Shown piece by piece: positions 49,946 through 59,778 of a stretch of 64,000 bases of DNA (its first letter is position 1; each line of letters begins with the position of its first letter). The notes beneath the pieces were generated by a model. The model saw only the letters and a program-made list of their open reading frames with translations, was not told the origin of the DNA and did no database searches. This DNA comes from an uncultured bacterium (GTDB taxonomy: Bacteria > Patescibacteriota > Minisyncoccia > Phycocordibacterales > Phycocordibacteraceae): contig CAWKPH010000002.1 of NCBI GenBank assembly GCA_963851445.1, positions 102,183 through 166,182 on the forward strand, written 5' to 3'. Both the position numbers and the translations under genes were made by a program.

Positions 49946-50296
49946 GCAATGGGCATTAATTTTTCTATTCAAGTCGTCAGTCTCGTTGATGACCAGGAGA
50001 GCCCGATCGTGTGGGCGTATCCATTCTTTGATCTGTACGAGAAGTGGACCTCACTTGCTCGGCAGCTTAAAGAGCTTCGCCAAGAAGCTCCTACCCACTA
50101 CCAGTGGAGCAGAAATGGAAGTCATCAACCGATTCGCAAGTATGTTGGGGATCGGAATCTAATCCGACCCGAACAACTCGCAAATCTCGACTTTGGAGGC
50201 GCGAGTAACGCTTTCATCGACATCCTACGAACCATCGCAAGGTGGTCTGGAGAGGAGTACGCTCTCATTGTGGGATTCGACGACGAACAGAATTAA
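49946..50296 (+). CDS. Hypothetical protein
   Basis: ATG with an AAGGAG RBS. The track ORF 49892..50296 begins at an upstream GTG inside the promoter. Confidence 0.4.
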   Translation, partial: AMGINFSIQVVSLVDDQESPIVWAYPFFDLYEKWTSLARQLKELRQEAPTHYQWSRNGSHQPIRKYVGDRNLIRPEQLANLDFGGASNAFIDILRTIARWSGEEYALIVGFDDEQN

Positions 50297-50446
50297 CCGT
50301 TATGGTGATCCAGGGAAGCGGTGACGCTCCCTGGACTCTCCAAAACTGGCATCAGTACTTTTTATTGAATTTGGCACAGGACATGGACACAAGGGGACGA
50401 GGCGCTAATACAGCGACTCGTCCCCTTTCTCGTCCCGTGTATGAAT

Positions 50447-51589
50447 TTAGAACTGGAAAAATCTATTTCTTACTCGAGCTAGGGCAACGTGTCGTAGAAA
50501 GTTCCCGGCAGCTTCAATTTCCTCAAATTCTTTATCGTAACTTTTTGGAAAATCGTCCATGCCACTATCGAAATGAAAAGACTGAATCACCTCTTTTGCC
50601 TTATCGGGGTCTGCAGTAAGATCAAACATTCCACCTGGCCGCTGCGCCTGTATTCTCTTTACGAGCGCGCTCTCAAACAGTGCACTGAGCATTGCTTCGG
50701 GTAAGCGTTTCTCACTATAAGGGCTCTTAAAAATAAAATCCGAAGAAAGGCCAAACATGTGGTTATCTCTCAGCGTGGTTGCATTCTGGAAGACCAGATT
50801 TAGAGGATCTGTCTCAAGCTGCAACCACTCATCTTGCATCCCTCCGCGTGGGGGAATTATAGAAACTGCAGGAAACACCGGAGCAAGGTGGGGAAAGTAG
50901 ATATTCGGATATACATCAGCTTTCCAGTATGATTCTGCAACTGTAGCAAACTCAGTAAAATCTTCTATGTTTTTTATTGGTGCAGAATCAATATGAGGAT
51001 GAAATACTACGGGCGGCTTAGTTCTATCAACGGTATCATTTGCGACATCCAAAATTGCGTTGCCAATTTGTATAGCATTTTGAAAATATACTCCCTTATC
51101 GACTCCCCAGAATCCATGCATAACGCCTCCTTGTCGTACGAAATTCTTTAAAGCCTGGAGGCCCGGCTGACTTCTATCGTGCATTTGTCCGTGAAGTTTT
51201 TCAATCACCGCAACAGTAATATCACCGCACATTCCTTCAGGGTATTTTCTATCCCAGAAACGCATAGCGGCTCGAATTTCGGGATCCTTAAGTAAATCCC
51301 TATCAACTTCTTTTCTTATCCCCGCCACATCCTCAACGATTGCTTCTTGGTACGGTAACACCCATCGTTCGGTAAGTCCTTTTTGTGTTTCGTCTGGAAT
51401 GATTAGTCTACTTTCTAGATGAGAATCCGAATTTTTGACGATATTTCTCCACATAGATCTTTCCATGGACATGACAAGATTATAACCCGATAGATCAATA
51501 TATGGCTTCGTATGAGAAACGACTTTAGAAAGTGTGTGGTATGAAAAAACCGCAGGCGAGAGGTTAGACCTCACACCTGCGGCACACAT
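50447..51589 (-). CDS. Hypothetical protein (AT-rich)
   Basis: 380-aa ORF with no recognisable motif. Confidence 0.45.
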   Translation of the reverse strand: MCAAGVRSNLSPAVFSYHTLSKVVSHTKPYIDLSGYNLVMSMERSMWRNIVKNSDSHLESRLIIPDETQKGLTERWVLPYQEAIVEDVAGIRKEVDRDLLKDPEIRAAMRFWDRKYPEGMCGDITVAVIEKLHGQMHDRSQPGLQALKNFVRQGGVMHGFWGVDKGVYFQNAIQIGNAILDVANDTVDRTKPPVVFHPHIDSAPIKNIEDFTEFATVAESYWKADVYPNIYFPHLAPVFPAVSIIPPRGGMQDEWLQLETDPLNLVFQNATTLRDNHMFGLSSDFIFKSPYSEKRLPEAMLSALFESALVKRIQAQRPGGMFDLTADPDKAKEVIQSFHFDSGMDDFPKSYDKEFEEIEAAGNFLRHVALARVRNRFFQF

Positions 51590-51603
51590 GAGTCGTAAAG
51601 ACT

Positions 51604-51771
51604 CTAATCACTGTCGCTATTCAGCGTAACTTCAATTTCTGCCTCGAAATCGCCCACGAGCCTGTCGATATTTTCTCTCAGGCTCCAGTGCCAGTCGAGG
51701 ATATCGATCGCACTCGAGAGCATTAAGAGAATTCCTGCGATGATTGCAAAAGTGGCCATATCGTTATTCAT
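51604..51771 (-). CDS. Putative small membrane protein (55 aa)
   Basis: MNNDMATFAIIAGILLMLSSAIDILDWHW... Its start overlaps the stop of the upstream small ORF (ATGA). Not in the track because it is under 60 aa. Confidence 0.2.
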   Translation of the reverse strand: MNNDMATFAIIAGILLMLSSAIDILDWHWSLRENIDRLVGDFEAEIEVTLNSDSD

Positions 51772-51929
51772 GTGCGTATCTCCTGGCGTTGCCCCAGTGC
51801 TGCAGACCTCTTGAGCTCTTCATCAATTTGCTTAAGCCGTAGTTGTAAGAGCAAAAAGAGTGCCAAGCTGATCAAATCGAGAAACCACGTGAAAGAGCTC
51901 TTTACACAGTCTTGTGCACTAAAGAACAT
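51768..51929 (-). CDS. Putative small membrane protein (53 aa)
   Basis: MFFSAQDCVKSSFTWFLDLISLALFLLLQL..., translationally coupled to the ORF above. Confidence 0.2.
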   Translation of the reverse strand: MFFSAQDCVKSSFTWFLDLISLALFLLLQLRLKQIDEELKRSAALGQRQEIRT

Positions 51930-51992
51930 GAGCTTTGTTCCCTTTGTTTAGCTAGCGTAACTTTAGCATCAAAACCTGATTTGTCAGTCGAT

Positions 51993-52078
51993 TCGTGTAT
52001 GAGGTTAGAACCTATGTATAAAAAGAAAACCACCCCTCCGTCGAAACGAAGAAGTGATCTTCGAATCGGTGAGGTGGC
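51993..52078 (+). repeat. Array repeat R7 (motif + long hairpin)
   Basis: TCGTGTATGAGGTTAGAACCTATGTATAAAAAGAAAACC followed by CCACCCCTCCG...CGGTGAGGTGG. Lies 3' of the receiver-domain gene. Confidence 0.6.
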
Positions 52079-52080
52079 AG

Positions 52081-52461
52081 TTATGTGAGAATTCTCTTGA
52101 TGGTCGAGGCGAGCTCGGAATCATCACCGGGGATATCTTTATGGACGTAGGTCATCCACGGGAATACCTTAAGCAACATCTCCAGCTCTTTTGGAGCCTC
52201 CGACGTGTGCAATATCGTCGGCGGTCTCTCACTCAGACGACGGTTCATGTACTGAAGCAACTCAATCCCGGCATCAGAAATGCGATGCATGTTGTTGTCG
52301 GTGATCACAAGAGAAAAAGTCTCATTCTCAAGCTGTTGAGTAGCTTGATGAAGATCTTTCGCCATGACAGGGATGTGCCCGCAGGCTGTAACCGCGGCGC
52401 ATGCCCGGTCCAGCCAATGCTGCTCATCGTCAACGACGAGAACGTGTTTTGGAACGGTCAT
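52081..52461 (-). CDS. Stand-alone response-regulator receiver domain (CheY-like)
   Basis: VLVVDDE, ITDNNM (phospho-acceptor Asp), conserved Thr/Lys positions. 126 aa with no output domain. Confidence 0.7.
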   Translation of the reverse strand: MTVPKHVLVVDDEQHWLDRACAAVTACGHIPVMAKDLHQATQQLENETFSLVITDNNMHRISDAGIELLQYMNRRLSERPPTILHTSEAPKELEMLLKVFPWMTYVHKDIPGDDSELASTIKRILT

Positions 52462-52533
52462 GATTTCCTCGCAAGTTCAGAGTAACCTTGTATATAATAC
52501 ATATATCTTTGCATTTGTCAAATCAGGCTTCAT

Positions 52534-52593
52534 CTCTTAGAGGACGTTAGAACGTGAGTGGTATGAAAAGAGTCCTGGGTTTTGTCCAGGACT
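52534..52593 (+). repeat. Array repeat R8 (motif + hairpin)
   Basis: CTCTTAGAGGACGTTAGAACGTGAGTGGTATGAAAAGAG followed by AGTCCTGG-GTTTTG-TCCAGGACT. Lies 3' of purD. Confidence 0.6.
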
Positions 52594-52606
52594 CAGTAGT
52601 GGAACC

Positions 52607-53887
52607 TCACTCGACATCTTTGGCGATATCGGTGCGGTTCTCCTTGTTATTGTAGTAGATTTGATCAGCGGCGGCATATGCGGTCTTTCGCGCGTCGGCA
52701 ATGGCTGGACCCATACCAACAACACTGAAGACACGGCCGCCGGTGGTCTTGGTAAGGAACGAAAGCGGTTTAGTACCAGCATGCAGGATGGTGGCATTCG
52801 GAAACTCGGTTGTGTCACCCGATACCCACATACCCGTCTCGTATTTGCCAGGATATCCTCTGGAAGCCAGGACAACACATACGGCTGCCTCAGGACTGAC
52901 TTCAAGAGGAGGAAGTTCGGCGAGACCTCCAACCTCAAGCGTCCCCAACATGTACGGAAGGATGTCGGAAGTCGTGCGCGCGAGAATCACCTGGGTTTCA
53001 GGGTCGCCGAAGCGCACATTGAACTCCATCAATTTCGGACCCTTTGCGGTCAGCATCAAGCCTGCGTAGAGCAAGCCTCGAAAGGGAAGGCTCTCCTGAT
53101 GTTTGAATGCAAGAAGCACACGAAGGATAATCTCGTTCTTGATACGCTCAAGGAGTGCGTCATCGACATCGGACAACGGTGAGTATGAACCCATGCCGCC
53201 CGTGTTTGGACCTTCGTCCCCGTCATACGCCCGTTTGTAGTCACGCGCTGGGGGAAGAAGAATCGCATTCTCACCATCACAGAATGCCATGACAGAGCAC
53301 TCGAGCCCCTCAAGACGTTCTTCGACGACAATGACATCACCAGCCTTTCCATGCACGCCGTTCACAAGCATGTCTTCAGCCGCATCGATAGCTTGTGCGT
53401 GGGACTTTGCAACTACAACCCCTTTCCCCGCACAAAGACCATCAGCCTTTATTACGGGGGGAGTATCGAAAGAATGAATGGCCCGAAGTGCGTCCTCCAT
53501 TGAACTAGCGACATGAAACGGTGCTGTTGGAATCCAGTAAGCTTTGCACAGACGCTTCGTGAAGGCCTTGCTACCTTCAAGAACTGCCATTCTTGCGGTC
53601 GGTCCGAACGCCGCAATGCCATGTTCGGCAAGACGATCGACGAGACCATTCACTAGCGGGACTTCAGGACCAATGACGACCAGGTCGACGCTCTCGTCGA
53701 GCGCGAGCTGTACGATGCCGTCCATGTCGGTAACTGCCACGTCGTGGATCTGTCCGCTACGGAAGCCACCATTGCCAGGACTGCAGAGGACTCTACTGAC
53801 TTTCGGACTCGTCTCCAGCTTTTTTGCGAGCGCATGTTCACGCGCTCCGCTGCCGATGATGAGGATCGTCATGTCTTCAGTACGCAT
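52607..53887 (-). CDS. purD: Phosphoribosylamine--glycine ligase
   Basis: ILIIGSGAREHALA N-terminus, ATP-grasp core, full-length PurD collinearity. Confidence 0.9.
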   Translation of the reverse strand: MRTEDMTILIIGSGAREHALAKKLETSPKVSRVLCSPGNGGFRSGQIHDVAVTDMDGIVQLALDESVDLVVIGPEVPLVNGLVDRLAEHGIAAFGPTARMAVLEGSKAFTKRLCKAYWIPTAPFHVASSMEDALRAIHSFDTPPVIKADGLCAGKGVVVAKSHAQAIDAAEDMLVNGVHGKAGDVIVVEERLEGLECSVMAFCDGENAILLPPARDYKRAYDGDEGPNTGGMGSYSPLSDVDDALLERIKNEIILRVLLAFKHQESLPFRGLLYAGLMLTAKGPKLMEFNVRFGDPETQVILARTTSDILPYMLGTLEVGGLAELPPLEVSPEAAVCVVLASRGYPGKYETGMWVSGDTTEFPNATILHAGTKPLSFLTKTTGGRVFSVVGMGPAIADARKTAYAAADQIYYNNKENRTDIAKDVE

Positions 53888-53967
53888 TGTTGCCTCCTTA
53901 AGGCTCTTAACTCGGTTGGTACATCTCCAAGTAACCTACGCTAAGGAGTGTATAAGTCAAAACTGTA

Positions 53968-54010
53968 GCTGTTAGAGGAAGCTAGAACGTGCTTTATGCA
54001 AAAGGCTATA
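53968..54010 (+). repeat. Array repeat R9 (variant)
   Basis: GTTAGAGGAAGCTAGAACGTGCTTTATGCAAAAGG in the divergent region between purD and the NUDIX gene. Confidence 0.45.
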
Positions 54011-54018
54011 CTTAAAAA

Positions 54019-54435
54019 ATGGATTTCAGTGGCACTAAAATAGCTCTCCTATACGACGACAAACTAGTTATGTCGCTTCGCGATAATAAACCTGGTCTTC
54101 GCTTTGCCAACATGTGGGACTTTGCAGGGGGAGGTAGAGAAGGGGAGGAAACTCCTATAGAGTGCTCAGTACGAGAAATAGAAGAAGAGCTTGGCATAAC
54201 GCTAAAGCCAGAATCATTTATCTGGCAGAAAGAATATCCAGCCATGCATGATCCAAGCCTCACAGCTCACTTCCTAGTGGCACGAGTTTCAAAAGCTGAA
54301 GTGGATGCTATTACGTTTGGAGACGAAGGACAGCGATGGGATCTGATGGATATAAAAACCTTCTTTGACTCAGAAGATGTAGTACCTCTTCTAAAGGGAA
54401 GATTTCAGGACTATTTGGATCAAGCACCTTCCTAA
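54019..54435 (+). CDS. NUDIX hydrolase
   Basis: Nudix box GGGREGEETPIECSVREIEEELGI. Confidence 0.75.
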   Translation: MDFSGTKIALLYDDKLVMSLRDNKPGLRFANMWDFAGGGREGEETPIECSVREIEEELGITLKPESFIWQKEYPAMHDPSLTAHFLVARVSKAEVDAITFGDEGQRWDLMDIKTFFDSEDVVPLLKGRFQDYLDQAPS

Positions 54436-54471
54436 ACTTGCTTGGAAACATGCACAACGTTCATATGTTCA

Positions 54472-54522
54472 CCGTTAAGATGAGAACCTGTTTGGTATGA
54501 AAAAGACGCATCCGAAGATGCG
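54472..54522 (+). repeat. Array repeat R10 (motif + hairpin)
   Basis: CCGTTAAGATGAGAACCTGTTTGGTATGAAAAAGAC followed by GCGCATC-CGAA-GATGCGC. Confidence 0.5.
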
Positions 54523-54794
54523 CCGAAAGGACGGGGGAAGGATGGAAAGACTGCGTCCCGCCCCCTGGTGTCATAATCGAGAAGAAGCAGAATAACTGTG
54601 CCAGCAGTCCTCTCATTTGAGAGACGTTCCTTGGGAGACGAAACGTATCCTGTTCTCGATCAAAGCGCCGGAATGACCGACACCTGGCAGGTTTGACAAC
54701 CTATCTTTCGCCCAACAGAGAAAGACTATCAAACCCACACTTGGTGTCAATTGCTCTCTGTTGGAGAGCCGGATCTGTTTGTAAGAAAAGCCGC

Positions 54795-55121
54795 CTACGC
54801 TCCAGTTGGAGAGGCGGCTTGCGACCGAACAGTGACCCACGAGAGAGGAGGATGCTCCCGTTCTAGGGAGAGAAATTCTTTATTACGATAGCCACATCCG
54901 CAAAGTAGGTACACTGAGCCACACACCACAGAAATGACCCACTCATGACTGAAGAGCGCGGCAATACCCATGAGTAGAAATGCCAGTCCCCAAAACCAAA
55001 TCAACTTGCGGTATTTATAGATATAGAGTTCCTTGGGAGTACTCGGCTCTTCATAGGACGTAAAGAACGGAATGAAGATCCAGAATAGCCACTTGAGGAA
55101 GAGAACCGAGATTTTGCGCAT
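54795..55121 (-). CDS. Hypothetical membrane protein
   Basis: 108 aa with 2-3 TM helices. Stop lies within the terminator hairpin AAGCCGCCTACGCTCCAGTTGGAGAGGCGGCTT. Confidence 0.4.
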   Translation of the reverse strand: MRKISVLFLKWLFWIFIPFFTSYEEPSTPKELYIYKYRKLIWFWGLAFLLMGIAALFSHEWVISVVCGSVYLLCGCGYRNKEFLSLEREHPPLSWVTVRSQAASPTGA

Positions 55122-55132
55122 TGCATCTCCTC

Positions 55133-55507
55133 TCAGATTATGAGCTTCGAACCTTCACCTCTCCAGAACCCCTGCGCGGGATTGAATGGATAGATGAAGC
55201 ACTCGACGGTTGCTTTCGGGAACAGCTGTCCCACGGCCATTCCCAAGTGCCACGCCAGTCGTTCACGAACGCTCGCAGTACGTTCCGGTTTCTCGAAAAG
55301 GCCGGTGACTTCCACGATGATTTCCGACCCGAGGCCGTATTTCATCAGATCAGGTGGGAACAGACAGGTCATGTCGTTCTCGTCCTTAAACCCGAGCTCC
55401 GTTACGCCGACGACTGCGGCTACGATGGCTTGATGCAGCTCGTTAAGCTTATTTTCGCGTTTCCCCTCCTCTATATTAGGGAGGCACCATACTTTGATGA
55501 CGGGCAT
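55133..55507 (-). CDS. Putative tautomerase-superfamily protein
   Basis: Internal start gives an MPVIKVW... N-terminus (Pro1 after Met removal), the hallmark of 4-OT/MIF tautomerases. Weak call. Confidence 0.35.
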   Translation of the reverse strand: MPVIKVWCLPNIEEGKRENKLNELHQAIVAAVVGVTELGFKDENDMTCLFPPDLMKYGLGSEIIVEVTGLFEKPERTASVRERLAWHLGMAVGQLFPKATVECFIYPFNPAQGFWRGEGSKLII

Positions 55508-55562
55508 AGCCACGTCTCCTCTCTGTTGATCCGAGGGCACTATATCACATAAACACAGGGCG

Positions 55563-56399
55563 TCATTTTAGAGCATAGAAATCGGCGAAGTACTCCTGGT
55601 ACCACGGCACATCTTTAAAGATGTCGAATTTAAGTAGAAAACCACCTGTTCTGATAATGGCAAAAGGAAGAGTAGCAATGAGAATAATGAGAAAGACATA
55701 AAAGATACTCGGCACGTGGAGGTATGAAGCTACTAATACAGCAAGCGAGATTGCTACTGTTTCAATCCCTACTCGTACGAAATAGAAGACGAAAAGACGC
55801 GAAAAATTCTTCCACCGATAAGCGATACGCACCATGTCGAGTTTCTGGGCTGTATTCACATGTGAGTTACAAATGACGGAGCCTGTCGCAAGAAGCATAT
55901 ACCACGTTGGATAGCCAACAGTCACCAGGACGACAAGCAAGAGAGCGCCAGTAAGGCCGGTCAAACCGAGCGGGAAAACAACAAGGTATACAAGGCCGAG
56001 AAAGACAAAGGCAAAGATAGCACTCACCATCACTTCGAGGATAAAATACTGAACGGCTCTAAGCGTAAAGACGGCGCGTAGTCCTCGTAGGAGCGGACGA
56101 TCTTTTTTGGCAAAGATAGTGAAATTCGCTTCAACTTCAAAAATCGTAATGGCAGCAGCACCAATGAGGCTCAGCGAGTCGAGGAATATTCCAAGCGGAG
56201 TAAGAAGCAGATGAATTAATAACAGGAGCGTATTCCATATCGAACTCGCCTGAGTCCAAGCCACATGAACGTTTTGAAGTATCGAACTGCTCCCCGCGAA
56301 CTGGTTATAGACAATTAAGATGATGACGAGAACCAGAATCACGGGATTGCGAACGGCCCACGAAAGACCATTCTTAAGGAGATGCCAAATCCATTGCAT
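55563..56399 (-). CDS. Hypothetical multi-pass membrane protein
   Basis: About 8 TM helices. Start trimmed from the track ORF (to 56561) to an internal Met to avoid overlap with the + strand gene. Confidence 0.45.
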   Translation of the reverse strand: MQWIWHLLKNGLSWAVRNPVILVLVIILIVYNQFAGSSSILQNVHVAWTQASSIWNTLLLLIHLLLTPLGIFLDSLSLIGAAAITIFEVEANFTIFAKKDRPLLRGLRAVFTLRAVQYFILEVMVSAIFAFVFLGLVYLVVFPLGLTGLTGALLLVVLVTVGYPTWYMLLATGSVICNSHVNTAQKLDMVRIAYRWKNFSRLFVFYFVRVGIETVAISLAVLVASYLHVPSIFYVFLIILIATLPFAIIRTGGFLLKFDIFKDVPWYQEYFADFYALK

Positions 56400-56433
56400 G
56401 TTGTGCAGTATAGCTCGTTGGTATATTTTCTCT

Positions 56434-56796
56434 ATGCCCGATCTCGACGACCTCCTTAAGGCGTATGAAAAAGCGAATAACTCCCACGACTGGAAGCAGG
56501 TAGAACCTTTTGTCCATTCCAATGCCTCATACTTCTTCACCGATGGAACCTTCAATGGCATCGAAGAAATTAAAGAGGCAGTTACCGCTACCTTTGAGAA
56601 AATCCAAGAGGAGACTTATACCGTGAGCAACATACGCTGGGTTGTTGCGGACGATACGGTGGCTGTCTGCACATACGATTTTCACTGGAAGGGAGTAGTC
56701 GAAGGGAAACCCAAAGAGAGTAGTGGTAGAGGAACGAATGTGTGGGTGAATCAAGAAAAGGGTTGGCAGATTATTCATGAGCATTTGAGTGCGTAG
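56434..56796 (+). CDS. SnoaL/NTF2-like (DUF4440-type) protein
   Basis: C-terminal GRGTNVWVNQEKGWQIIHEHLS is typical of NTF2-like/ketosteroid-isomerase-like folds. Confidence 0.55.
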   Translation: MPDLDDLLKAYEKANNSHDWKQVEPFVHSNASYFFTDGTFNGIEEIKEAVTATFEKIQEETYTVSNIRWVVADDTVAVCTYDFHWKGVVEGKPKESSGRGTNVWVNQEKGWQIIHEHLSA

Positions 56797-56808
56797 GATA
56801 GCTATCTC

Positions 56809-57416
56809 ATGATAAAGGCTATTATTTTCGATTCAGATGGCATGCTTACTCTCGATACGAGATTCAGTTCTGTGTACGCTAATGAATACGGTATCTCAGT
56901 CGATGAAATGACCCCCTTCTTTGTGGGTCCTTTCAAAGATTGCTTGGTCGGTAAAGCTGACCTCAAAGAAGAACTGCAGAAAGGGTGGCTTGCCAAGTGG
57001 GGTTGGGATAAATCTGCTGATGAGTTATTGAAATATTGGTTCTCCGTAGGCAGTGCTCCTGATCCTGCAATTCTCGCCACTATTCTTGAGTTGCGAGATA
57101 GAGGCATCATTTGCGTGCTTGCAACTAATCAAGAAAAGTACCGTACCGACCACATGCTCAAAGAATTCGGCTACGCGGAGGTGTTTGATAAGGTTTTCTC
57201 CTCTGCCTATGTCGGTCACAAGAAGCCATCACGCGAGTTCTTTGACGAAGTGATGAGCTATCTTCAAAGCAAAGATCGACTATCACGAAAGAAGAAGTAA
57301 TGTTTTGGGATGACGATATTGGGAATGTTGAAGGAGCTAAAGAATTTGGCTTTGATGCGAACCAGTTTCTTGATGTTGAGAAGTACGAACAAACAATAAA
57401 TTCAAGAGCTAACTGA
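56809..57416 (+). pseudogene. HAD-superfamily hydrolase, apparently frameshifted
   Basis: Motif I IFDSDGML, motif II LATNQ and motif III Lys (HKKP) lie in frame 1, which ends at 57300. Motif IV EEVMFWDDDIGNVEGAKEFG continues in another frame from about 57279, implying a 1-nt indel near 57270-57280. Confidence 0.5.
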
Positions 57417-57417
57417 T

Positions 57418-57738
57418 ATGGAAAAACGATACAAGATTGTCGTCTACGTTCCTGAAAGCCATGCAGACAAACTCCGTGAAGCAATGGGTATCGCGGAAGC
57501 AGGGAAGATAGGTAACTATTCTCATTGTACCTTCAGCATCAAAGGCACCGGTCGTTTTAAGCCTCAGGAAGACTCACACCCGACGATTGGAGAAGTTGGA
57601 AAGCTTGAGGAAGTCTCTGAGGAACGCATTGAAACAGTATGCGAAGGTAGCAAGCTCCAAGAAATACTGAGAGCGATTCGTAAGGTGCATCCGTATGAGG
57701 AACCCGCGACCGATGTATATCTGCTTGAAAACATATGA
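57418..57738 (+). CDS. CutA/PII-like small protein (tentative)
   Basis: 106 aa. N-terminal beta-strand YKIVVYVPESHADKL and C-terminal HPYEEP resemble the CutA1 HPYEVPE motif. Confidence 0.35.
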   Translation: MEKRYKIVVYVPESHADKLREAMGIAEAGKIGNYSHCTFSIKGTGRFKPQEDSHPTIGEVGKLEEVSEERIETVCEGSKLQEILRAIRKVHPYEEPATDVYLLENI

Positions 57739-58310
57739 ACACAACCTGCATCATCATCCATGGCTGTCCTTCAAACGTCGAGAAAGCCATGGACCCCGAG
57801 ACACGGACATACGACAAGCACTGGATTCCATGGACGAAGAAAACTCTAACAGAGCTCGGCATCCCCACTGAAACCCCACTCATGCCTGATCCATGGGAAC
57901 CCTCGTATGAGAAGTTCAAAGCAGAGTTCGAGAAATACGAAGTAAACGAAGCAAGTATTCTCATAGGCCATAGCTGTGGGACAACGTTTCTTCTTCGATG
58001 GCTTGGGGAGTCAAAGCAGAAGATCGCCAAACTCATTCTTGTTGCACCATGGGCTATTGCTGATAAGGATGACGAAGCTCGCCGCAAGTTCTACGAACAT
58101 CCAATTGATCCATCTATCAAAGAAAGAGTCGGAGAAATTGTTCTTTTTACTGCAGACGACGAAGACCCCGATGGCAAAGAGAGTCTCAAGATAATTCATG
58201 ACGTTATAGGTGGCAAAATCATCGAACTCCCTCACCATGGCCACTACACCATGGATGATATGGGAACAGTGGAGTTTCCCGAGCTTATTAAAGAAGTTGT
58301 AGAAGTCTAA
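57735..58310 (+). CDS. Alpha/beta-fold serine hydrolase (RBBP9/YdeN-like)
   Basis: GHSCG nucleophile elbow with downstream Asp/His. 191 aa. Confidence 0.65.
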   Translation: MNTTCIIIHGCPSNVEKAMDPETRTYDKHWIPWTKKTLTELGIPTETPLMPDPWEPSYEKFKAEFEKYEVNEASILIGHSCGTTFLLRWLGESKQKIAKLILVAPWAIADKDDEARRKFYEHPIDPSIKERVGEIVLFTADDEDPDGKESLKIIHDVIGGKIIELPHHGHYTMDDMGTVEFPELIKEVVEV

Positions 58311-58751
58311 ATATGAGCAGCCAACCACAAAACGCACCACAGGAGGTACTCGATGACGGTAGCGGCGGGACCACAGTCATTGATCCTGCGGCGCAGGTTC
58401 AGGGTGTAGCGGCCAATGCCGCAGCCGCTGGCCAATTCATCGCCGCCATGGCCGGATTTGCTGGAATGCATGGGAGCGGTCTGGCCGGCAGCTCTTTCGA
58501 GACCTGGCGCGGCGTGCAAGTCGGCCTGGCGGTGCCGAGGATTCAGGAAGCCTGAAGCTTCCCTCAAAACGGCGGTGCTCCTGCCCGGATTCGTCTGAAC
58601 TCTTCGGTGACTCGGATGTTGAGCGGTTGTCCCCGCCGCATCACTGACGAGTTCCTACTCTCGTCTTTGCCATTCTCTCCGTTATACAATAATCCAGCGA
58701 ATGGTATAATAAAATATAGTGAAAGAAAAAAACAGTCTCGCGTTCTATCTG

Positions 58752-59036
58752 ATGATATCCCTTCCGGCGGTCGTGATTATTTATGTCTACATCAGCGCTA
58801 TATTGGCTGATTTTTCTAACCTACAAGTGTGGCTCCCATCTACAGATCAACTTGGATATATATATTATATATTCGCCGGACTTATCGTTTCAATTGTAAA
58901 CTTTGTTAGATCTGGACTCCGCATATTCCTATTCAGCTTGCTTGCCATCCCGATCGGGCTGTTCGCTGTCTTCGTCATGGAACAGGTGCTTATAATTATA
59001 CAAGTAATGCTGACGATCGCATTGCAGGGGCCATAA
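58752..59036 (+). CDS. Hypothetical small membrane protein
   Basis: Three TM helices. Preceded by TTATAC-17-TATAAT. The track ORF begins at an upstream GTG (58719). Confidence 0.35.
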   Translation: MISLPAVVIIYVYISAILADFSNLQVWLPSTDQLGYIYYIFAGLIVSIVNFVRSGLRIFLFSLLAIPIGLFAVFVMEQVLIIIQVMLTIALQGP

Positions 59037-59298
59037 CCAGACTCTAGGGCTTTGGCCATCGGCCATAGGACGTCGACGCACCAGTCAGTCTTCCGGGGCC
59101 GCCTTCAAGGACTCCCTCCGCGGCGGAGCGTTTTATGCCCGATCATTTCGTCCCGACCATGCGATAGGGGATAAGTCGAACGGGCACGTCGAGGCCCGCG
59201 ACAAGCAGGGCCGCTCTCAGTGAAGAGGCGCTCGACGAGGTGATGGAGCAGAACCGCGACCGGTACTGCGGCACACTTGACGATGTGGTCGGCTTTGA

Positions 59299-59778
59299 TT
59301 TTTCACCCGAAGCGACGGCCGAAGCGCCGACGACGGCCAGACAAGCAAGCCCGCCCTCGTCATACGAGGCCGTGCCGACGAGCGGGCAATCGCCGAATCG
59401 CTGGAGGGCGCGGCAGCAAAGATCGAAACCGAGCTACGGGAGCTAACCGGCCTTCGCCTTCGCGCCGTCATTTCGGATGAGGAATTCTTGGACGAGCGAC
59501 GACGGCTTGCGATGGAGCGGGCGTTGCTGACGGAAAAGTTGGCGAACGCGGCTAAATCACATTCTCGGTTCGAACCCGCACAGGCCCTCATCTCGTTCAG
59601 CAACCAGGCCGTCGATTGGTTTTCGCGTGGCGATGACCGTGTTCGCCGCCTCATCATGGAAATCGTCGGTTCGAACCCCGTGCTGAAAGGCCAAATCCTC
59701 AGCGTTCAAGCGGCGAAACCGTTCACGCTCGCGAGCCATTTTACGCTCTGTCCAGACCCGTATGATAGAGGAGGTTAG
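59299..59778 (+). pseudogene. Possible C-terminal remnant of a large serine recombinase (DUF4368-like coiled-coil domain)
   Basis: Open frame without a proper start. LRLRAVISDEEFLDERRRLAMERALL ... RRLIMEIVGSNPVLKGQILSV resembles the recombinase C-terminal domain. No catalytic or zinc-ribbon region present. It reads into repeat R11. Confidence 0.3.

Noticed and set aside
52054-52485. 143-aa + strand ORF
   Set aside because: Entirely antisense to the well-supported receiver-domain gene at 52081..52461.
59217-59657. 146-aa Arg/Ser-rich - strand ORF
   Set aside because: Alternate-strand artefact in the GC-rich recombinase-remnant region.
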